This document shows, in pieces, positions 39,627 through 51,240 of a DNA stretch of 64,000 bases. The stretch covers positions 620,001 through 684,000 of the forward strand of contig OZ287075.1 in NCBI GenBank assembly GCA_965645245.1, written 5' to 3'. Made by a program: the position numbers and the translations under genes. Under the pieces are notes generated by a model. It was not told the origin of the DNA, made no database searches, and saw only the letters and a list, made by a program, of their open reading frames with translations. Numbering within the stretch: the first letter of the stretch is position 1; every line of letters starts with the position of its first letter. The stretch is from Massalongia carnosa. Taxonomy: Eukaryota.

Positions 39627-41494
39627 CGGAGGCGAATCTCAAAAGTAATGATAATACGCTAAAGACTAGCGCCGTAATTTAGATTTTCCATACCGAGCCT
39701 GAAATTCTACCAACTATCTACAAATGCCATTACCAACCATCTAATCAACGTCTTTTTGGTCTGAAACTGGCTGCAGTACGAACCACCTTTTGAATGCGTG
39801 GGGGAAGGTGATTTTTCGGAGATAAAACGGCTCTTTTTCTCAATAAGGGGGGTGTCGATGGCTTCTGTGTAGGGGGCTCAGGGGTAACTGCCCTGACATT
39901 CAACGGGCTGGGTGTATCATCATTTGATTGTCTGGATGATGGTCTCGTTGACGCCACAGAAGAAGAAGAAGAAGAAGAAGAAGCTGGTTTTGCTGTATTA
40001 CTGAGCAATTCTTCCCTCAGCTGTTGAAGTCGCATTTTTCCTTCTTTGGTCCGTCCATCAACGTCCAAACGTCCTTCGCAATACTCATTTCCACCTTCCA
40101 ATTCAATGACTTTTGCAATGTGACGTGGAATTCATTCAATCCATGCCTGAATATTCTCCTGAGGTAGATCGTCCCAAGTGCGATGCCACATAGATTCAGC
40201 AATTAACCGAGAACTAGGAGGACCTTTGGCAGTTGTACGTCGCTTCATCCAGGGTCAGCAGGGTTCAATCATGTTGAGATCAGGAGAATTTCCGGGCCAT
40301 AAAAGACGCTCGATGCCATGACGAGAGAAGATGGGAATCTGATGCTTGGAAGCATGAGACGGAGCCTTATCTTCCTGTACGATCATTTCAGACAATCCGG
40401 CTTCTCTTCTTTTTGCATTGCATTGCTGAGCAAAAGGAATCAGTTTTGGCAGAAGTATGACGTTTTGATACCGCCACCAATCAATGCCTCCTTTACCTTC
40501 TTTTTTGATCATCTTTCCATGTTCCTCATCCCATTTCCATTGCGGCTTTTTCCCTGGTAAATTGCGAGTTGAAAGACGTCTCATTCCATTGGTCAGCTCC
40601 CAATTTAATCTCTAACTGGCTTCCAATGCAGCATTCATCTCGTCAAGCTTGGTTTTGGCTTCCGCTTTTTCCGCCTTTGTCTCTGGTTTCCAGCAATGAC
40701 ATGGCCCCTTCCAATCGTAGGAAAAGCATCCCCAAAACATGAATTCATGAGCCCCATGCCACCTAGCACGTACGGTGGATTTGACTGGTCTTCTTCCTTC
40801 CTTGGTTGTACGCCAAATTTTGACAGCTCCGCGACGGTGACCAAGCACTATTGCTGTTTCATCTGACCAAATAACCCGCTTCCAATCCTCCACGGTCCAG
40901 TCTTTATACAGGAGACAAAAAGCCAGTCTAGCCGCTTTCATTTCAGGAGTAAGCCCTGGTCTATACGACGGTTTGACTTTTTAATAGCCTCTTTGTTTCA
41001 GGATTCTCCACACGGTGCATCTGGACAGTCCAACTTCTCTTGCCAACTGGGCACTGGTTTTTTCACGGGCGTATCTGTCTTTTATGACTAGATCAATGAC
41101 TTCATCTTCTTTCTCAGTAGTAGCCTTTCTCGGTCGACCAGATTTTTCTTCATGACGGGCGTATTTATCAAGCACCTGCAAAGAAATGGCGGGATCAAAT
41201 CCTCGATCCCTGGCAATGCGACGAATACGATAAATGTTGGGGACAGAATAACCTGTAGTAGCTGCAATAAATTCAATTGAGGCCGGGGTGCAATAAGACA
41301 ACGTCAAGACCTGAGCCCGCAAAGAAATATCAGCTGATTTATTGACCATGATGATGATTTGATCAAATGTTGGTTCGTAAATGATTTGGGATGAGAAAAG
41401 GAGAAAGAAAAGGGGAAAATTTGCTCGGTACGGAAAATTTAAATTACGGCACTAGCTTTTAGCGTATTATCATTACTTTTGAGATTCGCCTCTG
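39627..41494 (-). mobile_element. Nested Tc1-like element with DD34E transposase pseudogene (41349 to ~39745)
   Basis: 72-bp TIRs (39627-39698 and 41423-41494, 6 mismatches) with TA flanks. KSGRPRK, IWSDET, MFWGCF, QEDKAPSH...SPDLNMIE (34 residues D to E), EGGNEY. Stops at 40981, 40612 and 40255. Confidence 0.92.
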
Positions 41495-41551
41495 TATACG
41501 ATTTCGAATTTATTTTATTTAGATTTATGATACGCATTGTATCGATGTATT

Positions 41552-42633
41552 AGGCTCCACCATTTGGCACATGCCAAAAGAAATTCAAAAATCATACGTC
41601 ATCTCGAACAAACTGGCTGTCATACAAAACAAATGTCTAAGAAACATAGCCGGAGCCTTCAAAGCAACGCCCATAGCTGTCCTAGAAGCAGAGACATTTA
41701 GATCAACTACAGGCCCAGACCAGACAACGCCTGTGTCGAAATGGTCAAAAGCGTTTCATCACAAATGCATGCAACAAAATAGCCAAATAAACTTCGAGGT
41801 CGGGCAGGACGCAAGAGGGCCCCAGTCATCACTCCAGGAACGCTGAAATACGCCTGGGCTAAGAGAATCACATCGGAGGCACATAACCCTCTAACACCGA
41901 CACTAAATCCACCATGGGCCGAATCCCCCCCGAATCTCGCCCGAGACATAGGGGAGGCACGCGCCGCTCACAAAAAAATAACTGCTCAAATAAAAAAACG
42001 ACACACAGTTGCATGGCAGGCCTCGTGGAGATCATATCAGGAACGCACACCCGTTCCCACCCCGGCACAATCAGGTTCACTATCCAAAAAATGCATCAAA
42101 TTGCACGAAACTCTAGCCAAAGCGGAGAGCGCGCTAGCCATTCAGATAACGCTCAGAAAAGATAGGCCTAGCCGCCTTCCTACATAGACGTCGAGTCCCA
42201 GACGTCTCGTCCCCAAACTGCTCATGTGGCTGGCACAAACAGACTGCAAAACATGTGATCATGTTTTGCAAATTCAACGACAACAGACAAACTCTGCTAA
42301 ATACGATAGGCACAAACAACTATCGATTAATCACTGAGTCATCTAAAGCAATGAAATTAGTCACAAAATGGCTAATGAAGACAGGTTTGTTGTCACAATT
42401 TTCGCTGACAGCACAGCATCTATACTGCTAACAGTAGGCATGCTTTGTTTCATTTTTCATACTTGTCTTGGGTCAAAGGTTTTTTCATGGAGCACACGGC
42501 TGGAACCTGGAGGGTCCTCGGCCGGACACAGGATTGCATGGTTTTTCTTCCTCAAAAGGTTTTCCATGTACTTTACAACTAGATAGACTCGCCCGCATGG
42601 GCCGGCCTTCGGCCGGTACCACATCGGAATAAG

Positions 42634-42667
<34 letters not shown>
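41552..42667 (+). mobile_element. 5'-truncated non-LTR retrotransposon (Tad-like LINE)
   Basis: IQNKCLRNIAGAFKATPIAVLEAET (RT thumb region), CSCGWHKQTAKHVIMFC zinc knuckle, KWLMKTGLLSQFSL end, 3' hairpin, (ATC)n tail, and an 11-bp duplication ATCGATGTATT at 41541-51 and 42668-78. Confidence 0.9.
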
Positions 42668-42670
<3 letters not shown>

Positions 42671-43726
42671 GATGTATTGAACAAAAGTTGAAAATTAAAG
42701 ATTTCTATACAAAAATAAACGAAAATTGTTGAAATTAATATTATCTTTGTGAAATATGAATACAGAACATAAAATAACGAAGAATTCAAAAATCGTAATG
42801 CTACAGATTGATTATTTCAAGAATCTCTTTTGTTAAAAAAGAAATCTAACAAATTGCTTAACTGTGTAGTGTATAATAAATTTTCAAAAAGTATAGGTTT
42901 TGGTGTAAAACTGCGTCGGGACGCAGACTTTTGGCCTAGTACTGTATAGGAGGGCCGGTTATGAGACGGATGAAAGCGATATCTCAAAATGTGTTGCACG
43001 GTAACAGGGGCATCGAGATCTTTCTGGTCGTTAGGATGAAGCACATGTATGGGACTGTGTCAGAAGACAGCGTCCTAAGAGCCTAGCTTTCTTGTGCGTT
43101 CTTGAAACAAAATCTATCTCTTAAATGGGGAGATTGGGAATCTTTTTTGATTCCCGCATTCCGTCATGGTTGTTAGGCGGTGAGTGGAGAATATAATATC
43201 TGCAATCTTATGAAAACTTGGCATTGATAGAGTCAAATTTTATTTGTTGGTGTTGAGGTGAAAAAAGAAAAAAGAAGAGGTGTGAATAGTGAGATGATCG
43301 TATGGGCAGGGAAGCTGCTCATCACATCCGACGCACATACAAATATTGACCGATTTACCAGGAAACAACGAGCATGACGAATACCAACTTAGATACTCAC
43401 TCACTTCCGAAGTTACTCGTGCAACTGGAGCTGAGCGAGTTGAGTGGATAATAAAAGGCATAAAAGGCAACTTGAACACGCAAACACCCCTACCACGACT
43501 AATATATTATCTATCCGTCGAAAACCAATCTAATTAAATAGTCAACCTCCATAATCGAAATTCTCTTCACCTTTCGCAACACTATTTTTTCTCGCTAAAG
43601 ATCCTGTAGCTGTACAGAGTATTGTGGTAGGTCTCCTGTTCTGCCAAAGCGATAAACAACACCAGCCTGCCCTACTCAGGCCATCTTTTAAACGTCTAGG
43701 AGAAATGTCCAACACTTTCGTACTTA

Positions 43727-44769
43727 TTAACATGTAGAAAACCTTTGAGCATGGTCAAATGCTTTCAGTAATCCCTCAAGATGCGCCATTGAGGCCAGAA
43801 CAATCAACACATGAAATAACTGATGCGAACTGCCCCATAGATCAAACTTGCCAGGATAAAGCCTCTCCGGCAAACGTGCCTATCAGAATATTAGCCACGT
43901 ATTCGGTCCTCAAAGCAGCACACCGAGTTATAATACACACGGCATAAATGCCAGCACCAAGCACATAGAGAAAGCCTTGCAGTACCAGCCAGGATAGTCC
44001 AATCTGTTGCTTCATCCGCTGTATGCCGTACAAACCAAGGCCATGGAGCACTGGAAACAACGCTGACAGACCCATGGCAACAAACATTCCTGCTCTAAAA
44101 GGCCTCCAGATTGGTGTTCGGAATTTAGGCCTCACGGACACAATGGTGCAGCCAAGCCCAATTGTCGTTATCTGATTTAGTCCTGTTCAGCGCAAAGAAC
44201 TTTGGGAGGCATGAGCGACTTGCCATTCCCCAGTAAAATTTCTGCAGTAGTGGATGACAATAGAATCCATAATAAATACTTGGAACGAAGCTTCCTGTGA
44301 TCAGAGCAACTATTCCCACATAGTCAAGTTGATTGCCTATTCGATTTACACGCATCGAGTGATTTGAGATAGCATGGTATACCGCGCTTGTGCTAAGACA
44401 GATGACAGCGCCCAAGAAAAAGCAACCGAAGGCGACGATGTCAGAGGTCGACACATGATGCACCTCAAACGCATAAACGGTGAATGAGATGAAGAGAAAG
44501 ACAAAAGCGCCGAGGATGTGAGAATGAATATTGACAGATTCGTTGTGTAGATAGAACAGGCTCTGGAAGCAACGAAGGTAAGAGTTCGACACAGGTCTAT
44601 AATGATTGAGGATAAACTGGTTGTCTTTCTGCCATGGATGGAGTTCGCTAAATCGAAGTAGAAAATGGTCTGGGACGGGTGGTTGATTTTCAGGAATTGC
44701 AAAAATACCAAAACTTCGACTTCTGCCTTGACCAGGTCTTCCACCTGATTTGTGACGAAGTGTAGCCAT
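43727..44769 (-). CDS. PAQR / haemolysin-III family membrane protein (IZH-like)
   Basis: WQKDNQFI..YRP, HNESVNIHSH, SAVYH, DYVGI, LPER..PGKFDLWGSSHQLFH; two introns. Confidence 0.93.
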
Positions 44770-44989
44770 CGCAGAAGGGTGCTAAGATGTTGCACAACGA
44801 AGATATCATCGTCTATAAATTTAACAATGAAAAAAACCTAGCGCTTTCTGAAGGCGGAACGGGACGATGAAACTTAGTTAGCCCAAAGAACTCGGGAGAT
44901 CAACATCAATTGTGTCATGCTATAGATAGTTACCTACCTACTTCCTTACATACCATCAACTGCATCGTGAACTGAGATAGTCGTGTATT

Positions 44990-45949
44990 ATGGCAGGGAC
45001 CTTTGCTGGTCACCGCCGGCCATCTACAGGATGGAGTAGGCTTAAGAGCGTACAGGCTGATCCTCTTGAGGAAATGGGCCTTCCCTCAAAGGGAGATAAC
45101 AGGCAGGCAAATTCCTGCATTGTCCCTAAGTGAGCATAAGCTGATTCGCCCGTTAGACTCTTGGAGTTCAAAGCCCAAGAATCATACCACGAAAAGATCG
45201 TGGAGCGCTACATGCAATTCTGTGCCGCTGCCGGTCGAAGCGATGCGCTGAATAACGCATTTGCGTCGCTCTCCATTCGAAATGTTCCTCCCAATGATGC
45301 TATATCTTCTGTACAAAGTCCTCCTGGGACGGTACCGTCAGGACAGGCGCTTCAGATACCCAGGGAACTTTCCACCATCATACTAGCCATGCGCAAACTT
45401 AGGGAAGCCATTGTTGCTGCTTCTCGCACTGACGAATTTGCTCGGCGAGCTTACCTCTTCATCATCCGGGCCACAATACTTACAAAACACTCGGAGTCGT
45501 ATCATCCTGCGCTGCTACATCTGTTACGCAAAATCCACCCTTCTTCGGCGTTGTCGGTGTCCGAATATCACGAAGTTATGGGGTACTATATTCTCGACGT
45601 TGCATGTAGACAGCGCGATCTAGCCGCGGCGTACGAGTTTCGGAATCGGTGCCGGTACAAAGATGCCAGAACGGAAATGGTTTTACAAGCGTTGGCGCAC
45701 GACAATTGGTTCGTGTTCTGGAGGGTTCAAAGGCTCGTGGATGGCTACCAGAAGCGATTGATGGAGTGGAGCAATGACAGCATGAGGAAGCATGCTTTGA
45801 AGTGTCTTGGAAGAAGTTACTTGAGCGCTGAGAAAGCCTACGTTGAGAGGGTGGCAGACAGAGACTGGGAGTATCTGAAGAAACAGGACCACGTAGGGTG
45901 GGAACTACACGGTTATGTGGTAACAATCAGACGAGTCAAGATAAAGTAA
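44990..45949 (+). CDS. Conserved fungal protein, possibly PCI/SAC3-like helical fold
   Basis: ATG 44990 (..DPLEEMGLPSKGDNR), intron 45103-45156, then LLEFKAQESY..IVERYMQFC, MRKLREAIVA, ESYHPAL, LKCLGRSYL. Confidence 0.7.
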
Positions 45950-46279
45950 TCACCAGTCTCCCCACAAACCTACTTGTTCTGCTCTACAACGCGTTATCGA
46001 TTCGCTACCGTCCCTGCTGCAAAAAAGAACGTGGCAGACGAATAGGAAGAAGCAAAGAACTCGGGGACGCGATATCGGGATGCTGCACGACCAACACCTG
46101 CTCAATGGCCCTCCCTGCCATCTTTGCAGTACTACCTATTTACTCAGCACAGAGCATGGCTCCGAGCTCGTGCAAAATTCCAATTAGCAACGGAAATCGG
46201 AGGTGATATCTTTATTCAGTAAGGGCCTCTATTGCATGCTACTACAGCGGTCATCAAGCTTCAAATTTACCGATTAATG

Positions 46280-47870
46280 ATCCTAATGTTGGAAAGAGGG
46301 CTGCTCTATGCCTGACGGAAAGAAGAGCCGAGGAGCACGGTTGAGGGAAGGAGCGAGGGAGTGGTATGTGCCATTAAGGGTAGTCTTCAACTAGGGTTTG
46401 ATGAGATAACATGTCATGCCTCGGCTTATCCCTCAAACCTTCACAGATTATCATATTCAGTCGTCAGGGTACACTAACCCTTCAAATCCTTCAAAGTCAA
46501 AAAACCAATGTAAAACAGCCAGCATAATGCGCCGATAACCAAATCGCCAGTCATCTATTCCCAAAAGGCACGCTCGCAGACCAACCCGCCATTATCACCA
46601 GGCGTCAGTTACCGACACGGCAAGATTATCTGCAGCGGAAGGTACCAAAACCATAATGCAAGATATCGACGCTGATTTGCCTTTCCCGCCCCTCATCCTA
46701 TCATGCCGTCAAACGCCATCCGGGGGTCTGGGGTTGGCCCAAAGCTAGTATAGGGGGGTTGCATGCCATGTTTTCTGTAGACGAACCCAAGGGTATAGCC
46801 AAGGGGGGTTCGTGACGCGGGGTGGGAACGCATGGCGTTTGGGCGTGGAAATTAAATTGATGCGAGACTTGTTGAGAAGCTGGTGACGAGAATTGGAGAG
46901 GGGAAGATCCATGGTAGTGTGAAAAGCGCGGGCTTTATGTGAACGGAGCGATATACGATGTGTTTTGTGCCCCTTTAGAGCTTGAATAAGTGATAGCAAC
47001 GAAAAATAAATCGAAAGAACTCAAAACATCCAGTTGATAGATGAGGCGATTGAATATGAAGCCGGCTCTTTCCCAAACTCCTCCCCTCACTAAACCGACA
47101 AGAAACAGCGATGCTAGATTTCGGAGTCCAGGACCCGTGAATCGAGAAGTACTTTCAGCAGCAGCAGCAGCATCAGCTGCTGCAGTGAAAGCCCTGGAAA
47201 GGCATAGAGTCAGGCAGGAGTGATCGGGCTCCCGAAAGGCTTTGCCAAGGAGCGAGAGTCCAGCTTACGGCATTCGAGCAAACACCTGAGCTGTGCCTTT
47301 TATCGTCATTCGGCAAGCCGCTGACTCATCGTCTCCAAGAAAGTAACCTTCGGAAAGATCCCGACATGTCAGACGGTCGTCAAATGGAGAAAATGTTTTT
47401 TTTGTCTCTCCCCTACGGATAGAGAAAATTGCGCTTAACTATCCCTAAGACGTTGAATAAAGCAACCGGGCATCGGGGCGTACGCTGATATCTTGTTAAG
47501 AAGACTAGGGATGACGGCGGAGGCTGCGTGTTTCATCCTGCCATTTGCGAGTTCATTGTTTGGTTAAGGGAACAGCTAGGCTATTATAGGGACTGGTGGG
47601 AGGAATATAGAAAGTATAGAGTGAAATGAGGTTTGAAAAGCCGTAGATTAGCTGGGAGGAGACTCGACACTTGGAGAACGACCGGCAAAGCTATCTGGTC
47701 ATGCCCAAAGCATGTATCATTCCCTATAAGCAAGTCAGCGAATATTCGCAATTGCTGTATGACCCTATCAGCAAAGTTCTGCGAGTTCAAGAGTACGGCT
47801 TGGGTTTGATGGTCAAATCCAAAAAAAGCTCCCTGGACGATAATGTCGTTTGGCCCTTTTTACCGGTCGT
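46280..47870 (+). ncRNA. Candidate telomerase RNA (TER/TR); boundaries approximate
   Basis: Template CTAACCCT at 46474-81, boundary helix 46311-18:46461-68, pseudoknot 46930-47013, enclosing helix 46291-302:47060-73 and further long-range helices, in a gap with no recognisable gene between two convergent genes. Confidence 0.6.
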
Positions 47871-48028
47871 CGTAAGAAAACACCCCTAGAGCAGTAAAAA
47901 AGATGAAGGCGCAATGTAGGAGCAAACGAATGAATCTGATACAATTCAGTGCATATTGAAATCAAATGGCAGCTCTCTAGGAGATTTATTAAGGTATCCT
48001 GCAAACCATACAAACGCCTCTTCATCTG

Positions 48029-48965
<937 letters not shown>

Positions 48966-49087
48966 CTAGAAGCCATAACATAGCTCCAGATCCCTGTCTC
49001 CATCTGCCAAGCCACGGGTACACATGTTTAAGCGCATCAATTGTTGGCTATACCTTTCTAAGCTATCTAACTTCCCACAACCCACGA

Positions 49088-49218
49088 GGAATGTGATGAG
49101 AATTGAACGTTCTTAACATCGCCGGAACGACGGGTTCGGGACCACAGATAGAGGAGTCGAGCGTGAGCCTCAACCTTGTCTCTTGAAGTGGTAAAACTAC
49201 AGGTCTACCCGATAGTTC
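49088..49218 (+). ncRNA. Candidate intronic box C/D-type snoRNA in a non-coding host transcript
   Basis: Box C GTGATGA at 49093-99, D-like CCGA at 49209-12, rRNA complements between them, followed by a strong branch point and acceptor GCTAAC...CAG (49228-43) with no ORF. Confidence 0.5.
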
Positions 49219-49743
49219 AACAAAACTGCTAACTTATGTCCAGCAGCCCGTTTCGCATGGCGAATTTGTCAATCAACCAGACTAAACTTAACCATAAAGA
49301 CCTCGATTGAACAGAAAACTTCAATATAATACGTTTGTCTTCTCGCGTTAAATCGAAACGAAAACTCCATGGGGGATCTAGAAGGTTAAATGGAAAGTCA
49401 AACAAAATATTATATGGAGTTTAATCTGAGAGACTAAAAGATATGAAAGCCAAAGATAAGAGGGCAAATGACAGATTAGAAAGGGGGGAGATGCTTGACA
49501 GAAAGATACCTAGCTAGACAAATACGTAGATAAATAGGTGAGATGGGAATTAAGCTATAGCGATAAAGATATAGATGGGTACATTATGATTAGTAAGTTG
49601 ATAAAGAGAAGGGTATCAAGATAAAAGCACGACGTTTGTAGTCAAATCATACTCGCTTGTATGATCAGATATATTCAAGCTAAATCGATGATAAATCGGC
49701 CATGAGGCATTCGAGCTTTTCCCGCCGCCTCTCGGCAGAAGAG

Positions 49744-51240
49744 TCATTTGCTCTTTTCCTCAACTGGATGCTTAGCGAGGCTTTCATACCATTGTATCAA
49801 ACTACCTATCAAGAAAGCCCAGCTTCCCCAAAAGGTAGCCAACGAAGCCTCATACTCGGCACCGCTGTTACCGTAAGCAGGACCCAATGCACCGCAAAGC
49901 TAAAGATAATTAGCTGGTTTTTTCACTATTATCCCCTTTAAAGCTGGTAGATTATATTACCGTAAACCCAAAAGCCCCTACAAGATTCCATAGACCAATA
50001 TGCCATCCTAAAATCTTCGGAGCCGGTTGATACCATCTCCTCTGCGTTTCAAGCATGAATAAGATGCTGTGACTTCGTTAATGGTAGGTTTCTACATCAA
50101 GGAGCGCGCAGCTTACGCTGAAACGATGAAACCTGTTCCCCCTATTACCTGCGGAGTCCAGAATATTCCATCTAGCAATTCTTGTGACAGATGATTGTTG
50201 ATTCCGGGAAGGCCAGTGAAGCCTGAAATCCAGAAAACAGATGCACCAAACAATTGAGACAAGGAGGCGAGGAAACCAAGTTCACGAAGATAATGAGATT
50301 TCAGCTCATGCATGGATGGAAACCAGATCCACTCATTACCCTGCTTGCCGGTTTCCAATGGCTTCTCACCTGGTTCATCGAGAGATAGTGAAACGTCTTG
50401 AGGTGAAACCGTATTGAGCGAAACGGCTGGGACAAAGTAAATACATATTAAGTTCCCATGAGAGACATCCATACCTTTACTTTTGCCCACTAAGTTTTTC
50501 TTATTGGTATGGTGATGCTTGCAGATGCTCAAATCTGGCCTAACCCAGTATTTGCCTTCATGCTCTCCGATTCCCTCCAGAAATTTCCCTAAAGCCCATC
50601 CAAAACAGCCTGCTCGATTCTCATTTACAGCTTCCATCATCAATAAAATACTTCCAATCTCAAAAATGGTCGCTCCAACAAAGGCTGTAATACCACCGCC
50701 AAAGGATATCTCGTTTCTAAACTCTGTGCGAGGCTGTACCAATGGTAGATAGACAAAGAACGCATTCAAGACCCACAACACCGAACCAAGCGTGAAGACT
50801 ACAGCTACAAGATACGAAACATCCCAATACGGAAACTGCGTACACATGCGTAGAATGCCCTTTCCAGTTTCTGGAAGGCTTGAAGTGGGTTTAGGTGTCA
50901 AGTATGGAGCGGAGGATCTGGAAGACGGTTCAATGACAAGAGCATGACGACCCTTGCGATTGTTCCGCGAGCGCCATTCAAAGTTTATATGAGAGACATG
51001 TTGCTCTCCGTTGCCCATGAATTGCCTCTTTTGTGTTCTTGGATGAGACACGTCCTCTCCATGAAGTTTGTTTGTCGGAGACGGCGTATTACCACGAGAC
51101 GCCGAGGAGGAAAATTTGTAATACGCGCTGGTAGGATTTAAGAATGGGAAGGGGCCGGATATACGGTGTCTTTGCAGGCTAAGGTTCTGATCTGACGCAA
51201 GTGGTTCGCGCAAGGGATCAAAGTATTTGTTGTGCCGCAT
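49744..51240 (-). CDS. Uncharacterised fungal integral membrane protein
   Basis: WRSRNNRKGRHA, FPYWDVSYLVA, GATIFEIGS, EAVNENR..CFGW, HELKSHYLRELGF, final exon TFWGSWAFLIGSLIQWYESL; several introns. Confidence 0.8.

Larger units (their letters stand above)
39487..42944. mobile_element. Non-autonomous Tc1/mariner-type (MITE-like) element carrying two nested insertions
   Basis: Imperfect TIRs CAGT(C/A)CTA..CCAAAAGTCTGCGTCCCG..GCAGTTTT extending ~110 bp, with TA flanks at 39485-86 and 42945-46. About 460 bp of AT-rich sequence remains after removing the inserts. Confidence 0.85.

Noticed and set aside
46391..46399. TAGGGTT as a minus-strand telomerase template
   Set aside because: Only 7 nt, sits in a local hairpin, and leaves no room for a downstream pseudoknot on that strand.
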